Assembly (NCBI GenBank): GCA_030390025.1
Contig: CM059431.1
Location: 97,094,001 to 97,158,000, forward strand
Source: Squalus acanthias
Taxonomy: Eukaryota
DNA: 64,000 nt
Direction: 5' to 3'
Numbering within the stretch: the first letter of the stretch is position 1; every line of letters starts with the position of its first letter. Made by a program: the position numbers and the translations under genes. Below the pieces are notes generated by a model. The model was given only the letters and a program-made list of their open reading frames with translations. It was not told where the DNA came from and did no database searches. Positions 25,121 through 37,860 of the stretch are shown here, piece after piece.

Positions 25121-26064
25121 ATGACAGGAAGTCTCGGACCCGTTTCATGCTCCTCCTGTGCCATGTGGGAAACCAGGGACACTTCCAGTGTCCCTGACAA
25201 CTACGTGTGCGGGAAGTGTGTCCAGCTGCAGCTCCTGACAGCCCGCATGGCGATGCTGGAGCTGCGGGTGGACTCACTCTGGAGCATGCACGATGCCGAG
25301 AACTCGGTGAATCGCTCATTTAGTGAGTTGTCCACACCGCAGGTAAAGGCTAGGACAGACAGTGAATGGGTGACCAAGAAGCAGGGCAATATCAGGAAGG
25401 TAGTGCAGGAGTCCCCTGTGGTCATCTCCCTCCAAAACAGGTATGCCGCTTTGGATACTGTTGGGGGAGATGGCCTACCAGGGGAAGGCACTAGCAGCCA
25501 GGTTCATGGCACCATGGCTGGCTCTGCTGCACAGCAGGGCGGGAAAAAGAGTGGCAGGGCTATAGTGATAGGGGACTCAATTGTAAGGGGAATAGACAGG
25601 AGTTTCTGTGGCCGCAACCGAGATTCCAGGATGGTATGTTGCCTCCCTGGTGCAAGGGTCAAGGATGTCTCGGAGCGGCTGCAGAACATTCTGAAGAGGG
25701 AGGGTGAACAGCCAGCTGTCGTGGTGCATGTAGGTACCAACGATATAGGTAAAAAGCGGGAAGAGGTCCTACAAGCAGAATTTAGGGAGCTAGGAGCTAA
25801 ATTAAAAAGTAGGACCTCTAAGGTAGTAATCTCTGGATTGCTACCAGGGCCACGTGCTAATCAGAATAGAGAGAACAGGATAGTGAGATTGAATACGTGG
25901 CTTGAGCAGTGGTGCAGGAGGGAGGGATTCAAATTCCTGAGGCATTTGAACCAGTTCTGGGGGAAGTGGGACCTGTACAAAGGGACGGTCTGCACTTGGG
26001 CAGGACTGGAACCGATGTCCTCGGGGTAATATTTGCTAAAGCAGTTCGGGAGGATTTAAACTAA
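25121..26064 (+). pseudogene. CR1 ORF1 (zinc finger, coiled coil, SGNH esterase), frameshifted near the C-terminus
   Basis: CSSC..VCGKC, IGDSIVRG, HVGTND; the frame slips near 25980, just before the DGLH motif. Confidence 0.9.
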
Positions 26065-26111
26065 TATGGCAGGGGAATGGGAACCTATGTAGCGAAACAG
26101 GGGGAAGTAAT

Positions 26112-29049
26112 ATGCAGTCAGAAACAAATGTTAGAAGGGTGAGAAACAATAGGGGAAGGCCGAGTAAACAAAGGCAAGAAACACAAAGGGCCATACTAAA
26201 TCATAAGTCTAAAAGGACAAAGGATGTTAATAAAACAAGCCTAAAGGCTCTGTGTCTTAATGCAAGGAGTATCCGTAATAAGGTGGATGAATTGACTGTG
26301 CAAATAGATGTTAACGGATACGATGTGATTGGGATTACAGAGACGTGGCTCCAGAACAATCAAGGCTGGGAACTGAACATCCAGGGGTATTCAACATTCA
26401 GAAAGGATAGAATAAAAGGAAAAGGGGGTGGGGTAGCATTGCTGGTTAAAGAGGAGATTAATGCAATAGCTAGGAAGGACATCAGCTTGGAGGATGTGGA
26501 ATCAATATGGGTTGAGCTGCAGAACACCAAAGGGCAGAAAACGTTAGTGGGAGTTGTGTACAGACCTCCAAACAGCAGTAGTGAGGTGGGGGAGGGTATG
26601 AAACAGGAAATCAGAGGTGCGTGCAAAAAAGGCACGGCAGTTATCATGGGTGACTTTAATATGCATATAGATTGGGCTACTCAAACTGGAAGCAATACGG
26701 TGGAGGAGGATTTCCTGGAGTGTTTAAGGGATGGTTTCCTAAACCAATATGTTGAGGAACCAACTCGAGGGGAGGCCATCCTGGACTGGGTGTTGTGTAA
26801 TGAGGAAGGACTAATCAGCAATCTTGTGGTACGAGGCCCCCTGGGGAAGAGTGACCATAGTATGGTGGAGTTCTACATTAGGATGGAGAAGGAAACAGTT
26901 AAGTCAGAGACCATGGTCCAGAACTTAAATAAGGGCAACTTTGAGGGTATGAGGCGTGAATTGGCGAGGTTAAATTGGCAAGCGATATTTAAGGGGCTAT
27001 CAGTGGAAGGGCAATGGCAGACATTTAGAGATCGCATGGATGAACTACAACAATTGTACATCCCGGTCTGGCGTAAAAATAAAAAAGGGAAGGTGGCTCA
27101 ACCATGGCTAACAAGGGAAATCAGGGATAGTATTAAAACCAAGGAAGTTGCATACAAATTGGCCAGAAGTAGCAGCAAACCCGGGGATTGGGAGAACTTC
27201 AAAACTCAGCAGAGGAGGACGAAGGGTTTGATTAGGGCAGGGAAAATAAAATATGAAAGGAAGCTTGCAGAGAACATTAAAATGGACAGCAAAAGCTTCT
27301 ATAAATATGTAAAAAGAAAGAGGTTAGTTAAAAACAAACGTAGGTCCCCTGCAGTCGGAAACAGGGGAAGTCGTAATGGGGAACAAGGAAATGGCAGATC
27401 AATTGAACAAGTACTTTGGTTCGGTGTTTACTGTGGAGGACACACACAACCTGCCGGAAATAAAAGGGGTCAGAGGATCTGGTAAGAGGGAGGAGCTGAG
27501 GGAAATCCTTATTAGTCGGGAAAAGGTATTGGGAAAATTGATGGGACTGAAGGCTGAAAAATCCCCGGGGCCTGATGGTCTGCATCCCAGAGTACTTAAG
27601 GAGGTGGCCTTGGAAATAGTGGATGCATTGACGATCATTTTCCAACATTCCTTAGACTCTGGATCAGTTCCGATGGAGTGGAGGGTGGCCAATGTAACCC
27701 CTCTTTTTAAAAAAGGAGGGAGGGAGAAAGCAGGGAATTATAGACCGGTCAGCCTGACATCGGTTGTGGTTAAAATGATGGAAGCAATTATTAAAGATGT
27801 CATAACAGACCATTTGGAAAGTGGCGACATGATAGGTCCAAGTCAGCATGGATTTGTGAAAGGGAAATCATGCTTGACAAATCTTCTGGAATTTTTTGAG
27901 GATGTTTCCAATAGGGTGGACAGGGGGGAACCAGTAGATGTGGTGTATTTGGACTTTCAGAAGGCCTTCGACAAGGTTCCACACAAGAGATTGGTGAGCA
28001 AAGTTAAAGCACATGGGATTGGGGGTAATGTGTTGACGTGGATTGAGAACTGGTTGGCACACAGGAAACAAAGAGTAGGAGTAAATGGGTACTTTTCAGA
28101 ATGGCAGGCAGTGACCAGCGGGGTACCGCAGGGTTCGGTGCTGGGACCCCAGCTGTTTACATTATATATTAATGATTTGGACGAAGGGATTAAATGTAAT
28201 ATCTCCAAATTTGCGGATGACACTAAATTGGGAGGCAGTGTGAACAATGAGGAGGATGCTAGGAGGCTACAGAGTGACTTGGACAGGTTGGGTGAATGGG
28301 CAAATATATGGCAGATGAAGTACAATGTGGATAAATGTGAGGTTATCCACTTTGGTGGTAAAAATAGAGAGGCGGACTATTACCTGAATGGTGGCAGATT
28401 AGGGAAAGGGGAGGTGCAATGAGACCTGGGCATCATGGTACATCAGTCATTGAAGGTGGGAATGCAAGTGCAGCAGGCAGTCAAGAAAGCAAACGGAATG
28501 ATGGCCTTCATAGTAAGGGGATTTGAGTACAGGAGTAGGGAGGTGATGCTGCAGTTGTACAGGGCCTTGGTGAGGCCACACCTGGAGTATTGTGCGCAGT
28601 TTTGGTCTCCTAACTTAAGGAAGGACATTCTTGCTATTGAGGGAGTGCAGCGAAGGTTCACTAGATTGATTCCTGGGATGGCCGGACTGACATATCAAGA
28701 AAGATTGGGTCAACTGAACTTGTATCCTCTGGAGTTCAGAAGAATGAGGGGGGATCTTATAGAGACATTTAAAATCCTGACTGGTTTAGACAAATTAGAT
28801 GCGGGCAGAATGTTCCCAATGGTAGGGAAAACTAGAACCAGGGGTCACAGTCTAAGGATTAAGGGGAAGCCATTTAGGACTGAGCTGAGGAGGAACTTCT
28901 TCACCTAGAGAGTGGTGAATCTATGGAATTCTCTTCCACAGAAGGTTGTTGAGGCCAGTTCGCTAAATATATTCAAAAGGGAGTTAGATATAACACTCAC
29001 AACTAGGGGGATCAAGGGGTATGGCGAGAAAGCAGGAATGGGGTGCTGA
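26112..29049 (+). pseudogene. CR1 ORF2 (APE endonuclease and reverse transcriptase)
   Basis: ITETWL, GDFN, SDH, QHGF, YLDFQKAFD, KFADD; frameshift near 27335; stops at 28420-28422 and 28906-28908. Confidence 0.95.
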
Positions 29050-29511
29050 GGTAGCATGTTCAGCCATGAACGCATTGAATGGCGGTGCAGGCTCGAAGGA
29101 CCGAATGGTCTACTCCTGTACCTATTTTCTATGTTTCTATGTTTCTATAGAAACAGGAAAATTACACGACCAAATGTGATTTTCCTAACTTTCTTGTGTA
29201 AGTCAGGAAAGTGCAGTTAAGAATAGTAAATTGATAGCTTTCTCTTGGAGACATTTGTGCCCTTGCCTATAATGAACTTTATAAGAAAACTGAATTAGAT
29301 TGAGACATCGGGACCATGCGGTGGAAGATGAGCAAAGATCTCCAGACAATCTTTTCATAAGATCACCTGAAAGCCCAAGAATGGCTTGTATTGAATGACA
29401 CGTTTGGCATGATTTTGAGATGTCGGTATGGGTGTGCAAATGTGATTTGTTACGTATGAAGCAATTACCATCCGGAAATGAGTGGTGAATCTGCACTGAA
29501 GAACGGGTATA

Positions 29512-31957
29512 GAAGCATAGAAGATAGGAGCAGGAGTAGGCCATTCGGCCCCTCGAGCCTGCTCCGCCATTTAATGAGATCATGGCTGATCATCCAAATT
29601 CAGTACCCTGTCCCTGCTTTCTCCCCATATCCCTTGATCCCTTTAGCCTTAAGAAATATATCTAACTCCTTCTTGAATATATTTAATGAATTGGCCTCAA
29701 CTGCCTTCTGTGGTAGAGAATTCCACAGGTTCACCACTCTCTGGGTGAAGAAATTCCTCCTCATCTCAGTCCTAAATTGCTTACCCCTTATCCTTAGACT
29801 GTGACCTCTGGTTCTGGACTCCCCCGCCATCAGGAACATCCTTCCTGCATCTAGTCTGTCTAGTCCTGTGGGGTCCTAGCACCGATTCCTGTTGTACCCC
29901 ACTAGTAACTGCCTGCCACTCAGAAAAAGACCCTTTTATTCCAACTCTTTGCTTCCTGTCTGCCAACCAGTTCTCTATCCAAATCAGTACCTTACCCCCA
30001 ATCCCATGTGCTTTAACTTTGCACGCTAATCTCTTATGCGGGACCTTATCGAAAGCCTTCTGAAAGTCCAAATACACCACATCCACTGGTTCTCCCTTAT
30101 CTATTCTACCAGTTACATCCTCAAAAAATTCCAGTAGGTTAGTCAGGCATGATTTACCTTTTGTAAATCCATGTTGACTTTGTCCGATCCTGTCACTGTT
30201 TTCCAAGTGCTCTGCTATTACATCTTTTATAATGGACTCTAGCATTTTGCCGACTACCGATGTCAGGCTTACCGGTCTATAATTCCCCGTTTTTTCTACC
30301 ACCTTTTTTAAATAGTGGGGTTACATTAGCTACCCTACAATCCATGGGAACTGTTCCAGAGTCTATAGAATTTTGAAAGATGACCAGCAATGCATCTACT
30401 ATTTCTAGGGCCACTTTCTTAAGTACCCTAGGATGTAGATTATCAGGCCTTGGGGATTTATCGGCCTTCAATCCCATTAATTTCCCTAACACCATTTCCC
30501 TACAAATACTGATTTCATTCAATTCCTCCCTCTCATTAGACCCTATGTTCCCCGACATCTCTGGGAGGTTATTTGTGTCCTCCTTTGTGAAGACAGAACC
30601 AAAGTATGTATTTAATTGGTCTGCCATTTCTTTGTTCCCCATTATAAATTCCCCTGATTCTGACTGCAAGGGACCTACGCTTGACTTCACCAATCTTTTT
30701 CTCTTCACATATCTATAGAAGCTTTTACAGTCAGTTTTTATGTTCCCTGCAAGCTTACTCTCATATTCTATTTCTCCCCTCTTAATTAATCCCTTTGTCC
30801 TCCTTTGCTGAATCCTAAACTGCTCCCAATCCTCAGGTTTGCTGCTTTTTTTGGCCAATTTATATGTGCTCTCCTTGTATCTTATGCTATCCCTAATTTC
30901 CCTTGTTAGCCATGGTTGAGTCACCTTTTTTGTTTTATTTTTATGCCAAACAGGGATGAACAAATTCTGTAGTTCATCCATGCGATGTTTAAATGTTTGC
31001 CATTGCCTATCCACCGTCAACCCTTTAAGTAACACTCCCCAATCCATCCTAGTCAACTCGCGCCTCATACCATCGTAGTTTCCTTTATTTAAATTCAGGA
31101 CCCTAGTCTCTGAGTCAACTACTTCACTCTCCATCTTAATGAAGAATTCTATCATATTATGATCGCTCCTCCCCAAGGGGCCTCGCACAACAAGATTGCT
31201 AATTAATCCTTTCTCATTACATAATACCCAGTCTAAGATGGCCTGATCTCTAGTTGGTTCCTCGACATATTGGTCCAGGAAACCATCCCGTATACACTCT
31301 AGGAATTCTGCCTCCACAGTATTGTTACTAATTTGGTTCACCCAATCTATATGTAGATTAAAGTCACCCATGATAACTGCGGTGCCCTTATTGCACGCAT
31401 CTCTAATTTCCCATTTAATGCCATCCCCAACCTCAGCATTACTGTTTGGGGGTCTGTATACAACTCCCACTAACGTTTTCTGCCCCTTGGTATTTCTCAG
31501 CTCTACCCATACAGATTCCACATCATCAGAGCTAATATCCTTCCTTACTATTGTGTTAATCTCATCTTTAACCAGCAATGCTACCCCACCTCCTTTTCCT
31601 TTTTGTCTGTCCTTCCTGAATATTGAATACCCCTGGATGTTGAATTCCCAGCCTTGGTCACCCTGGAGCCATGTCTCCGTAATCCCAATTATATCATATC
31701 CATTTACATCTATTCGCGCAGCTAATTCATCCACCTTATTACGAATGCTCCTCGCATTTAGACACAAAGCCTTCAGGCTTGTTTTTTTAACACTCTTAGT
31801 CCTTTTAGAATTATTATTTACTGTAGCCCTGTTTGATTCACACCCTTGATTTCTCTGCCTTCCACTTTTGCTTTTCTCCTTCCTGTCTTTTGCTACTTTC
31901 CTTGCTTCCCTTTCCTCTGTTTCCCTGCACAAGTTCCCAACCCCCTGCCATTTTAGT
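29512..31957 (-). mobile_element. CR1 LINE, ORF2 only, with internal RT deletion
   Basis: ORFs 30277..31932 (EN) and 29781..30302 (RT); VLGP is joined directly to GLDRLDAGR near 29868; 3' end nearly identical to 920-1281. Confidence 0.92.
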
Positions 31958-32585
31958 CTCAGACATGCTCAGTTACTTGACAACAGCAAGACATGAAATG
32001 GTTAATGTGGCTCAGGAGAGTGAGACAACTTTTAAAGCATTGACACATACTCCATCGAGAAACTATCTGATTAATGAAACAATCAAAATAGAATTAAACA
32101 CACTGGTACCTGATAGAGGGATTGAAATCATAGTTGAAGTGGAGAGTTACATGGAATTTGGATTGGGACAATTGAGGCTAGGGAGAAATAAGTTTAGTAA
32201 GAATTATCCACAAGATGGATACGAGTAAAAGAGAGATTTGGAGAATCTTTTAAGTCCATGATTTGTTGATTAGAAGTTAAACTGTAGCTTTCTTTATAAT
32301 GTCTGTTTTCTTGTCTGCGCATAAGCCAATTGTGTACTCATCCTATGACTAACCAGCACTAACAAATTGATTGAGCACACCGAAAGAGAAGATCCGAAGC
32401 AATGTAGAGGTGATCCCAGATGGGCTAAAATCAGGAAAGATAGAAGAAACAGAGGATACCCCAGACGGGGCAGAATTGGAACACCGGAAACAGTGAATTG
32501 AATTTGAGTAAGGGGTCAGAGGTTGCTCCTCCCCCTCAAAGGAGTGAACTGTAAGAGAGGGAGAAATCCTCATTTCTGAATCTCC

Positions 32586-32831
32586 CTACTAACTAACACC
32601 CAAGTTGAGAAAGCAATAAGTAAATTAGAGGACCTCGAGTGGTGGGGAGTAGCCTATAATGCCAGCCAGCATTTCTGGGCATGAATGAAATCAGCAGGCC
32701 TAGTGATTGCCCAGTGTCTGGTCTTAATAGTCCTTATTATGATGTTTTGCTATTTGAAACGTCGAACCCTCCAATTGAACCGTTGAACTAATAATTTAGA
32801 GCTGGCACGATGTATGAAAAATCGAAAATGA
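32586..32831 (+). pseudogene. env-like C-terminal remnant
   Basis: LLTNTQVEKAISKLEDLEWWGVAYNASQHFWA*MKSAGLVIAQCLVLIVLIMMFCYLKRRTLQLNR*TNNLELARCMKNRK*: amphipathic helix, Trp-rich segment, hydrophobic TM and basic stop-transfer, just upstream of the PPT. Confidence 0.55.
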
Positions 32832-32859
32832 GAGGTTGAAATAGAGTTTTCTCCCTCTC

Positions 32860-32870
32860 AAGGTGGGGAG
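32860..32870 (+). promoter_or_regulatory. Polypurine tract
   Basis: AAGGTGGGGAG two bases before the 3' LTR. Confidence 0.75.
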
Positions 32871-32872
32871 TT

Positions 32873-33840
32873 TGTTAGAAATTAAGGTATCCAAAATATA
32901 TGGGGTTATGCAAATAATACTGTGTTTAGGTGATAGTATTAGAACTTGAGATAAAAAGTCTCTTCAGACTAGTATTAGAATAGCTGGTTAGATGCTTAGA
33001 ATTTGCTTATGTTTTGGTTCCCTGCGGATGTTATAACATTCTGCACCGTGGTGGTGACCTTGTTTCCAGACTAACTGTCTGCTGTTTGTGTGCTGGAAAG
33101 GTTGTTGACTGTATCTTTGATTTGGCCAACCGAGACCCAACGCCTAGGTTTCTTCCATTATTACTAATAACCATATTATAATGCTAAGTTAGTATTTTGA
33201 TTTTGTTTAACAAAGCTGCTTTAAAATGCATAATTTATTACGTATAACAACATAGATTAGAAGATATCTTTGGGAATTTAATGATTCATTCCATGGTACA
33301 ATAGGTGCATGAACAGCATTGACATAAATAACTGATAACAAGCAGTTATGAACATCTGATGGCCGAGAATGGCATGTCTGACTCCAAACTAAGGAGGATA
33401 GGGACAAGGGAGATAAGAGAAATTCCGATGGGTAGGCCTTCAAAACATATAAACAATAAAGCCTGTGTAATGATTGTGAAGACCCCTCCTGGAGGGAGGA
33501 TCTTCATCTCAAAGTTGAGACAAAGAACTCGACGTGCCATTGGGCACCTTGGTTTAGGAAGAACCCTTACAGGTCAGATAGCCCTGTCCATATCCTACTT
33601 TAGGCCCACCCCTAAAAAGAGAATAAAAGAAAGACCTAGCGAGCTTTTTCTCAGAGACGGTGAAGGGGTCCAGTACCAGCTGCTTGTCACGGTCGTATGA
33701 TTTTGCTGTATAACTAGTGTGTTATAATCCATCTTAAACTCTGATTAAACACAATATTCTCACCATATTGGTTTGCAGTCGATCCTGATTATTTGAAAGA
33801 CTAGAGATAAGCTAATATCAACAAATTGGCTAATCTAACA
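32873..33840 (+). repeat. 3' LTR (968 bp)
   Basis: Direct repeat of 20100-21068. Confidence 0.95.
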
Positions 33841-35734
33841 GGCCTCAGCTACTTACAATCTATATTAATGACTTAGATGATGGGACGGATTGCAATGTAT
33901 CCAAGTTTGCTGATGATAGAAAGCTAGGTGGGAAGTAAGCTGTGAGGAGAACACAAAGAGCCTGCAAAGGGATATAGACAAGTTAAGTAAGTGGGCAATA
34001 AGGTGGCAGATGGAGTATAATGTGAGAAAATGTGAGGTTATTCACTTAGGTAGGAAGAATAGAAAAATAAAATTTTTTAAATATTGAGAAACTATTAAAT
34101 GTTGGTGTTCAGAGAGATTTACGTGTCCTCATACAGGAAAAACAGAGAGTTAGCATGCAGGTACAGCAAGCAATTAGGAAGGCAAATGGTATATTGGCCT
34201 TTATTGCAAGGGGGTTGGAGTATAAGAGTAAGGAAGTCTTGCTACAATTGTACAGGGCCTTGGTGAGAGCACACCTGGGGAACAGTGCACAGTTTTGATC
34301 TCCTTATCTGAGGAAGGATATACTTGCCTTGGAGGCGGTGCAATGAAGGTTCACTAGATTGATCCCTGGGATGCGAGGGTTGTCCTATGAGGAGAGATTG
34401 AGTAGATTGGGCCTATACTTTCTGGAGTTTAGAAGAATGAGAGGTGATCTCATTGAAACATAAAAAATTCTGAGGAGGATTGACAGGGTAGATGCTGAGA
34501 GGTTGTTTCCCCTGGCTGGAGAGTTTAGAACTGGGGGCATAATCTCAGGATAAGGGGTCGGCCATTTAAGACTGAGATGAGGAGGAATTTCTTCACTCAG
34601 AGGGTTGTAAATCTTTGGAATTCTCTGCCCCAGAGGGCTGTGGATGCTGAATCATTGAGTATATTCAAGGCTGAAATCGATAGATTTTTGGACTCTAGGG
34701 GAATCAAGGAATATGGGGATCCGGCGGGAAAGTGGAGTTGAGGTCGAAGATCAGCCATGATCTTATTAAATGGCGGCGCAGGCTCGAGGGGCCGTATGGC
34801 ATCCTCCTGCTCCTGTTTCTTATGTTCTTATGAACAATTCTTCAGTAATATTCCTGCCTATGATCTCTTTAACTGGGTCTTACTGCTGGTGAGGCACAAC
34901 TGAGTGCTCTGAACCGTACTGGTTGCAAGAAGCTGGTAGTGGAAATTCTACACTTGGATTCCTTCATCTTTAGGTAGCTGCTTTTTCCCGTAGAATTGGA
35001 ACGCAATGACTGACTGCAAGGCTGCTCATTTCAGGATTTGGACTAGGGCCGAAAATGTGACTCCTAGCCCTGTTGCGCAACCCGTGGAACATTGGGGTGT
35101 CTGGGCACGGCGGGGAGGATTTTACAATATCGAACAGCCACATTTTCCTGTCCAATGGGATTGTGGTTTGCTGCTGGCTGAAGACTTTCATCATTCAGAA
35201 GGCCCTCTTCCTTGAAATTGATATAGTGTCAGACCTCTATAAAGCTCTATGCAGCGTTTTTGCACATGCTACATAAATGTAAGTTGTTGTTGTTATTGAA
35301 CTGCTGGTATTGGCCATGGGAAGGTGCGAACTACAACAGCCTGTAGGTTGTCACTGGAGATTAGGGAGAATCTGATTTCAGTGAACCAATCTCTTGTGTC
35401 AAGGCCGCAAACTTCACACAGCAATCTGGCTGATAGAAAGATCACATATAATGACCATCAAATCGAGCTGGCACCCACATGAAAGAACATGTACATGTGA
35501 ATAGTAACAGAAAGATAAAATAAATTACCTGCCACAGCACAGCTTGTCTTGCTCCTATTGTAATACAAGCTATCCATTCCTATTATCTGAATCGAGTGTT
35601 GCCTCTGTACCTACTGAGCAGTGAATATACAAGATGGAACAAAAGGGAAGGTGGTGATTTAAAAAATCTTGGCGTCCTTCAAATGAACAGTCAATGTACT
35701 TACTGTTGAATCTTCCTGGTCCTATCCCATGAAA

Positions 35735-36165
35735 ATCAGAAGGTTGTGGGTTCAAACCGCACTCCAGAGAATTGAGCCCATAATCCAGGCCGACACTCCA
35801 TTGCAGTACTGAGGGAGTGCGGCACTGTCTGAGGTGCCGTCTTTCAGATGAGACATTAAACCGAGGCCCCGTCTGCCCTCTCAGGTGGACGTATAAGATC
35901 CCATGGATCTATTTAAAGAAGAGCAGGGGAGTTCTCCCCGGTGTCCTGGCCAATATTTATCCCTCAACCGACATCACTAAAACAGATTATCTGGTCATTA
36001 TCACAGTGCTAATTGTGGGAGCTTGCTGTGCGCAAGTTGCCTGCCATGTTTCCTACATTACAACAGTGGCTACACTTCAAAAGTAGTTAATTTGGCTGTA
36101 AAGCGTTTTAGGGCATCCAGAGGTCATGAAAGGCGCTATAGAAATGCAAGTGCTTTCTTGCTTTC
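35735..36165 (+). mobile_element. Deu-SINE-like copy
   Basis: B box, core and tail match 11208-11623. Confidence 0.85.
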
Positions 36166-37067
36166 TTGGGTACTGATTGCGGGGAGAGGGGGCGGAATTC
36201 CTGGGCCAATATCGCAGCCTGCTGGTCAGTACTTCAGACCGCTTTTCTTGTGGGATTTGTAAACTATCTCGAATCAGCACCGCTGTTACTGGACAGTTCA
36301 TTCAGAAGGGTCAAGAGACTTGTTAAGGAGCAAAGCTGTGAATGTCAAGGCTGAGCTGCGATTCAGTTCCCAGATGGCAGGTATCACAGTGCTGCTGGCT
36401 TCCAGTGTGTTTATAAATTGAGTGACTTGAATGAACAACAGCTTTATTAAAGACCCTAACACCAGTACTGCTATGTCTCTAGATAATATTTACATCCTTA
36501 CTTATGGGAAATGTGTGTGTTATAAGGCTCACCTAATATTGTGCTTGCAAACACACAGCCACCTGAGTAGGAGGCTGCCATTTAGCATCTCCCATTGCTC
36601 ATTCTCATTCTGTTTTTGAACAGTCAGGCGCAGGGCACTGTAAGGTTAACATTTTCAGCAGGGAGCAGAGGGGGAACATTCTGCAAACCTTATGTGGGAT
36701 GAACTGTAGGACATCTCCCAACTGTGCTTTAAACATTAATCTGATTCAGTCATTGCCTTTATTACCGCATTGTCTCCGTGTTCTCCAGAGGTCTGTGTAA
36801 TATGTAAAGGAACTATCAGCCATGACTTAGTGTCATAAGCATCATCTCTCGGAAGCTGACCATGTACCCTATTATCTCTCTAGAATATTCTGGATAAAAT
36901 GGATTGAAGCAGAATGAGTAAGACATGAACTGAGCTTGGACAGTTTCACATAAAGGCAAACAGTCAGATTCTGCTCCCAGTGAGGAGCCTCGTCACAAGG
37001 GAGGGCAAGGATTTGGGGCTATAACGCAATAGGGCCCATTCCGTAGCACACTAATTGGAGAGAGCGG

Positions 37068-37860
37068 GGCAGCAGGATTAGTGTGGGATTGATACAGGGC
37101 TATGGGGTAGAGTGCAGGCAGTGGGATTAGTTTGGGATTGATACAGGGCTATGAGGGGAGAGCAGGGCAGTGGGATTAGTTTGGGATTGATACTGGGCTA
37201 TGGGGAGAGAGTAGGGCAGTGGGATTAGTTTGGGATTGATACAGGGCTATGGGGAGAGAGCGGGACAGTGGGATTAGTTTTGGATTGATGCAGGGCTATG
37301 GGGAGAGAGTGGGGCTGTGGAATTAGTTTGGGATTGTTACAGGGTTATGTGGGGAGAGCGGGGCAATGGAATTAGTTTGGGATTGATACAGGGCTATGGG
37401 GAGAGAGCGGGGCAGTGGGATTAGTTTTGGATTGATACAGGGCTACGGGGAGAGAGCAGGGCAGTGGGATTAGTTTGCGATTGATACAGGGCTATGGGGA
37501 GAGAGCGGGGCAGTGGGATTAGTTTTGGATTGATACAGGGCTATGGGGGGAGAGCAGGGCAGTGGGATTAGTTTGCAATTGATATAGGGCTATGGAGGAG
37601 AGTGGGGCAGTGGGATTAGTTTGCAATTGATACAGGGCTATGGGGGAGAGCGGGGCAGTGGGATTCATTTTGGATTGATACAGGGCTATGGGGAGAGAGC
37701 AGGGCAGTGGGATTAGTTTACGATTGATATCAGGCTACGGGGAGAGAGCGGGGCAGTGGGATTACTTTGGGATTGATACAGGGCTATGGGAAGAGTGCGG
37801 GCAGTGGGATTAGTTTGGGATTGATACAGGGCTATGGGGAGAGAGCAGGGCAGTGGGATT
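37068..37860. repeat. ~49-bp minisatellite, ~16 copies
   Basis: Unit TTGATACAGGGCTATGGGGAGAGAGCGGGGCAGTGGGATTAGTTTGGGA. Confidence 0.95.

Larger units (their letters stand above)
24593..29148 (+). mobile_element. Young full-length CR1 LINE nested in the LTR element
   Basis: 5' UTR with 152-bp monomers, ORF1, ORF2 and (tttctatg)n tail. Confidence 0.95.
20100..33840 (+). mobile_element. Non-autonomous LTR retroelement / endogenous retrovirus-like element
   Basis: Two LTRs with TGTTAG...CTAACA ends; GGCC TSD (20096-20099, 33841-33844); PBS and PPT present; no intact pol. Confidence 0.95.
16190..34832 (+). mobile_element. Near full-length CR1 LINE interrupted by a MITE (5' UTR) and by the LTR element (RT domain)
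   Basis: ORF1 17359-~18280 (HVCSKC; GDS/GTND esterase motifs), EN fragments 18399-19060, RT 19168-20099; resumes at 33841 (VLG|PQL..KFADD) and runs to a ttcttatg tail; internal deletion near 19060. Confidence 0.9.

Noticed and set aside
37068..37860. Possible CRISPR array
   Set aside because: Head-to-tail units with no unique spacers, no cas genes, eukaryotic context.
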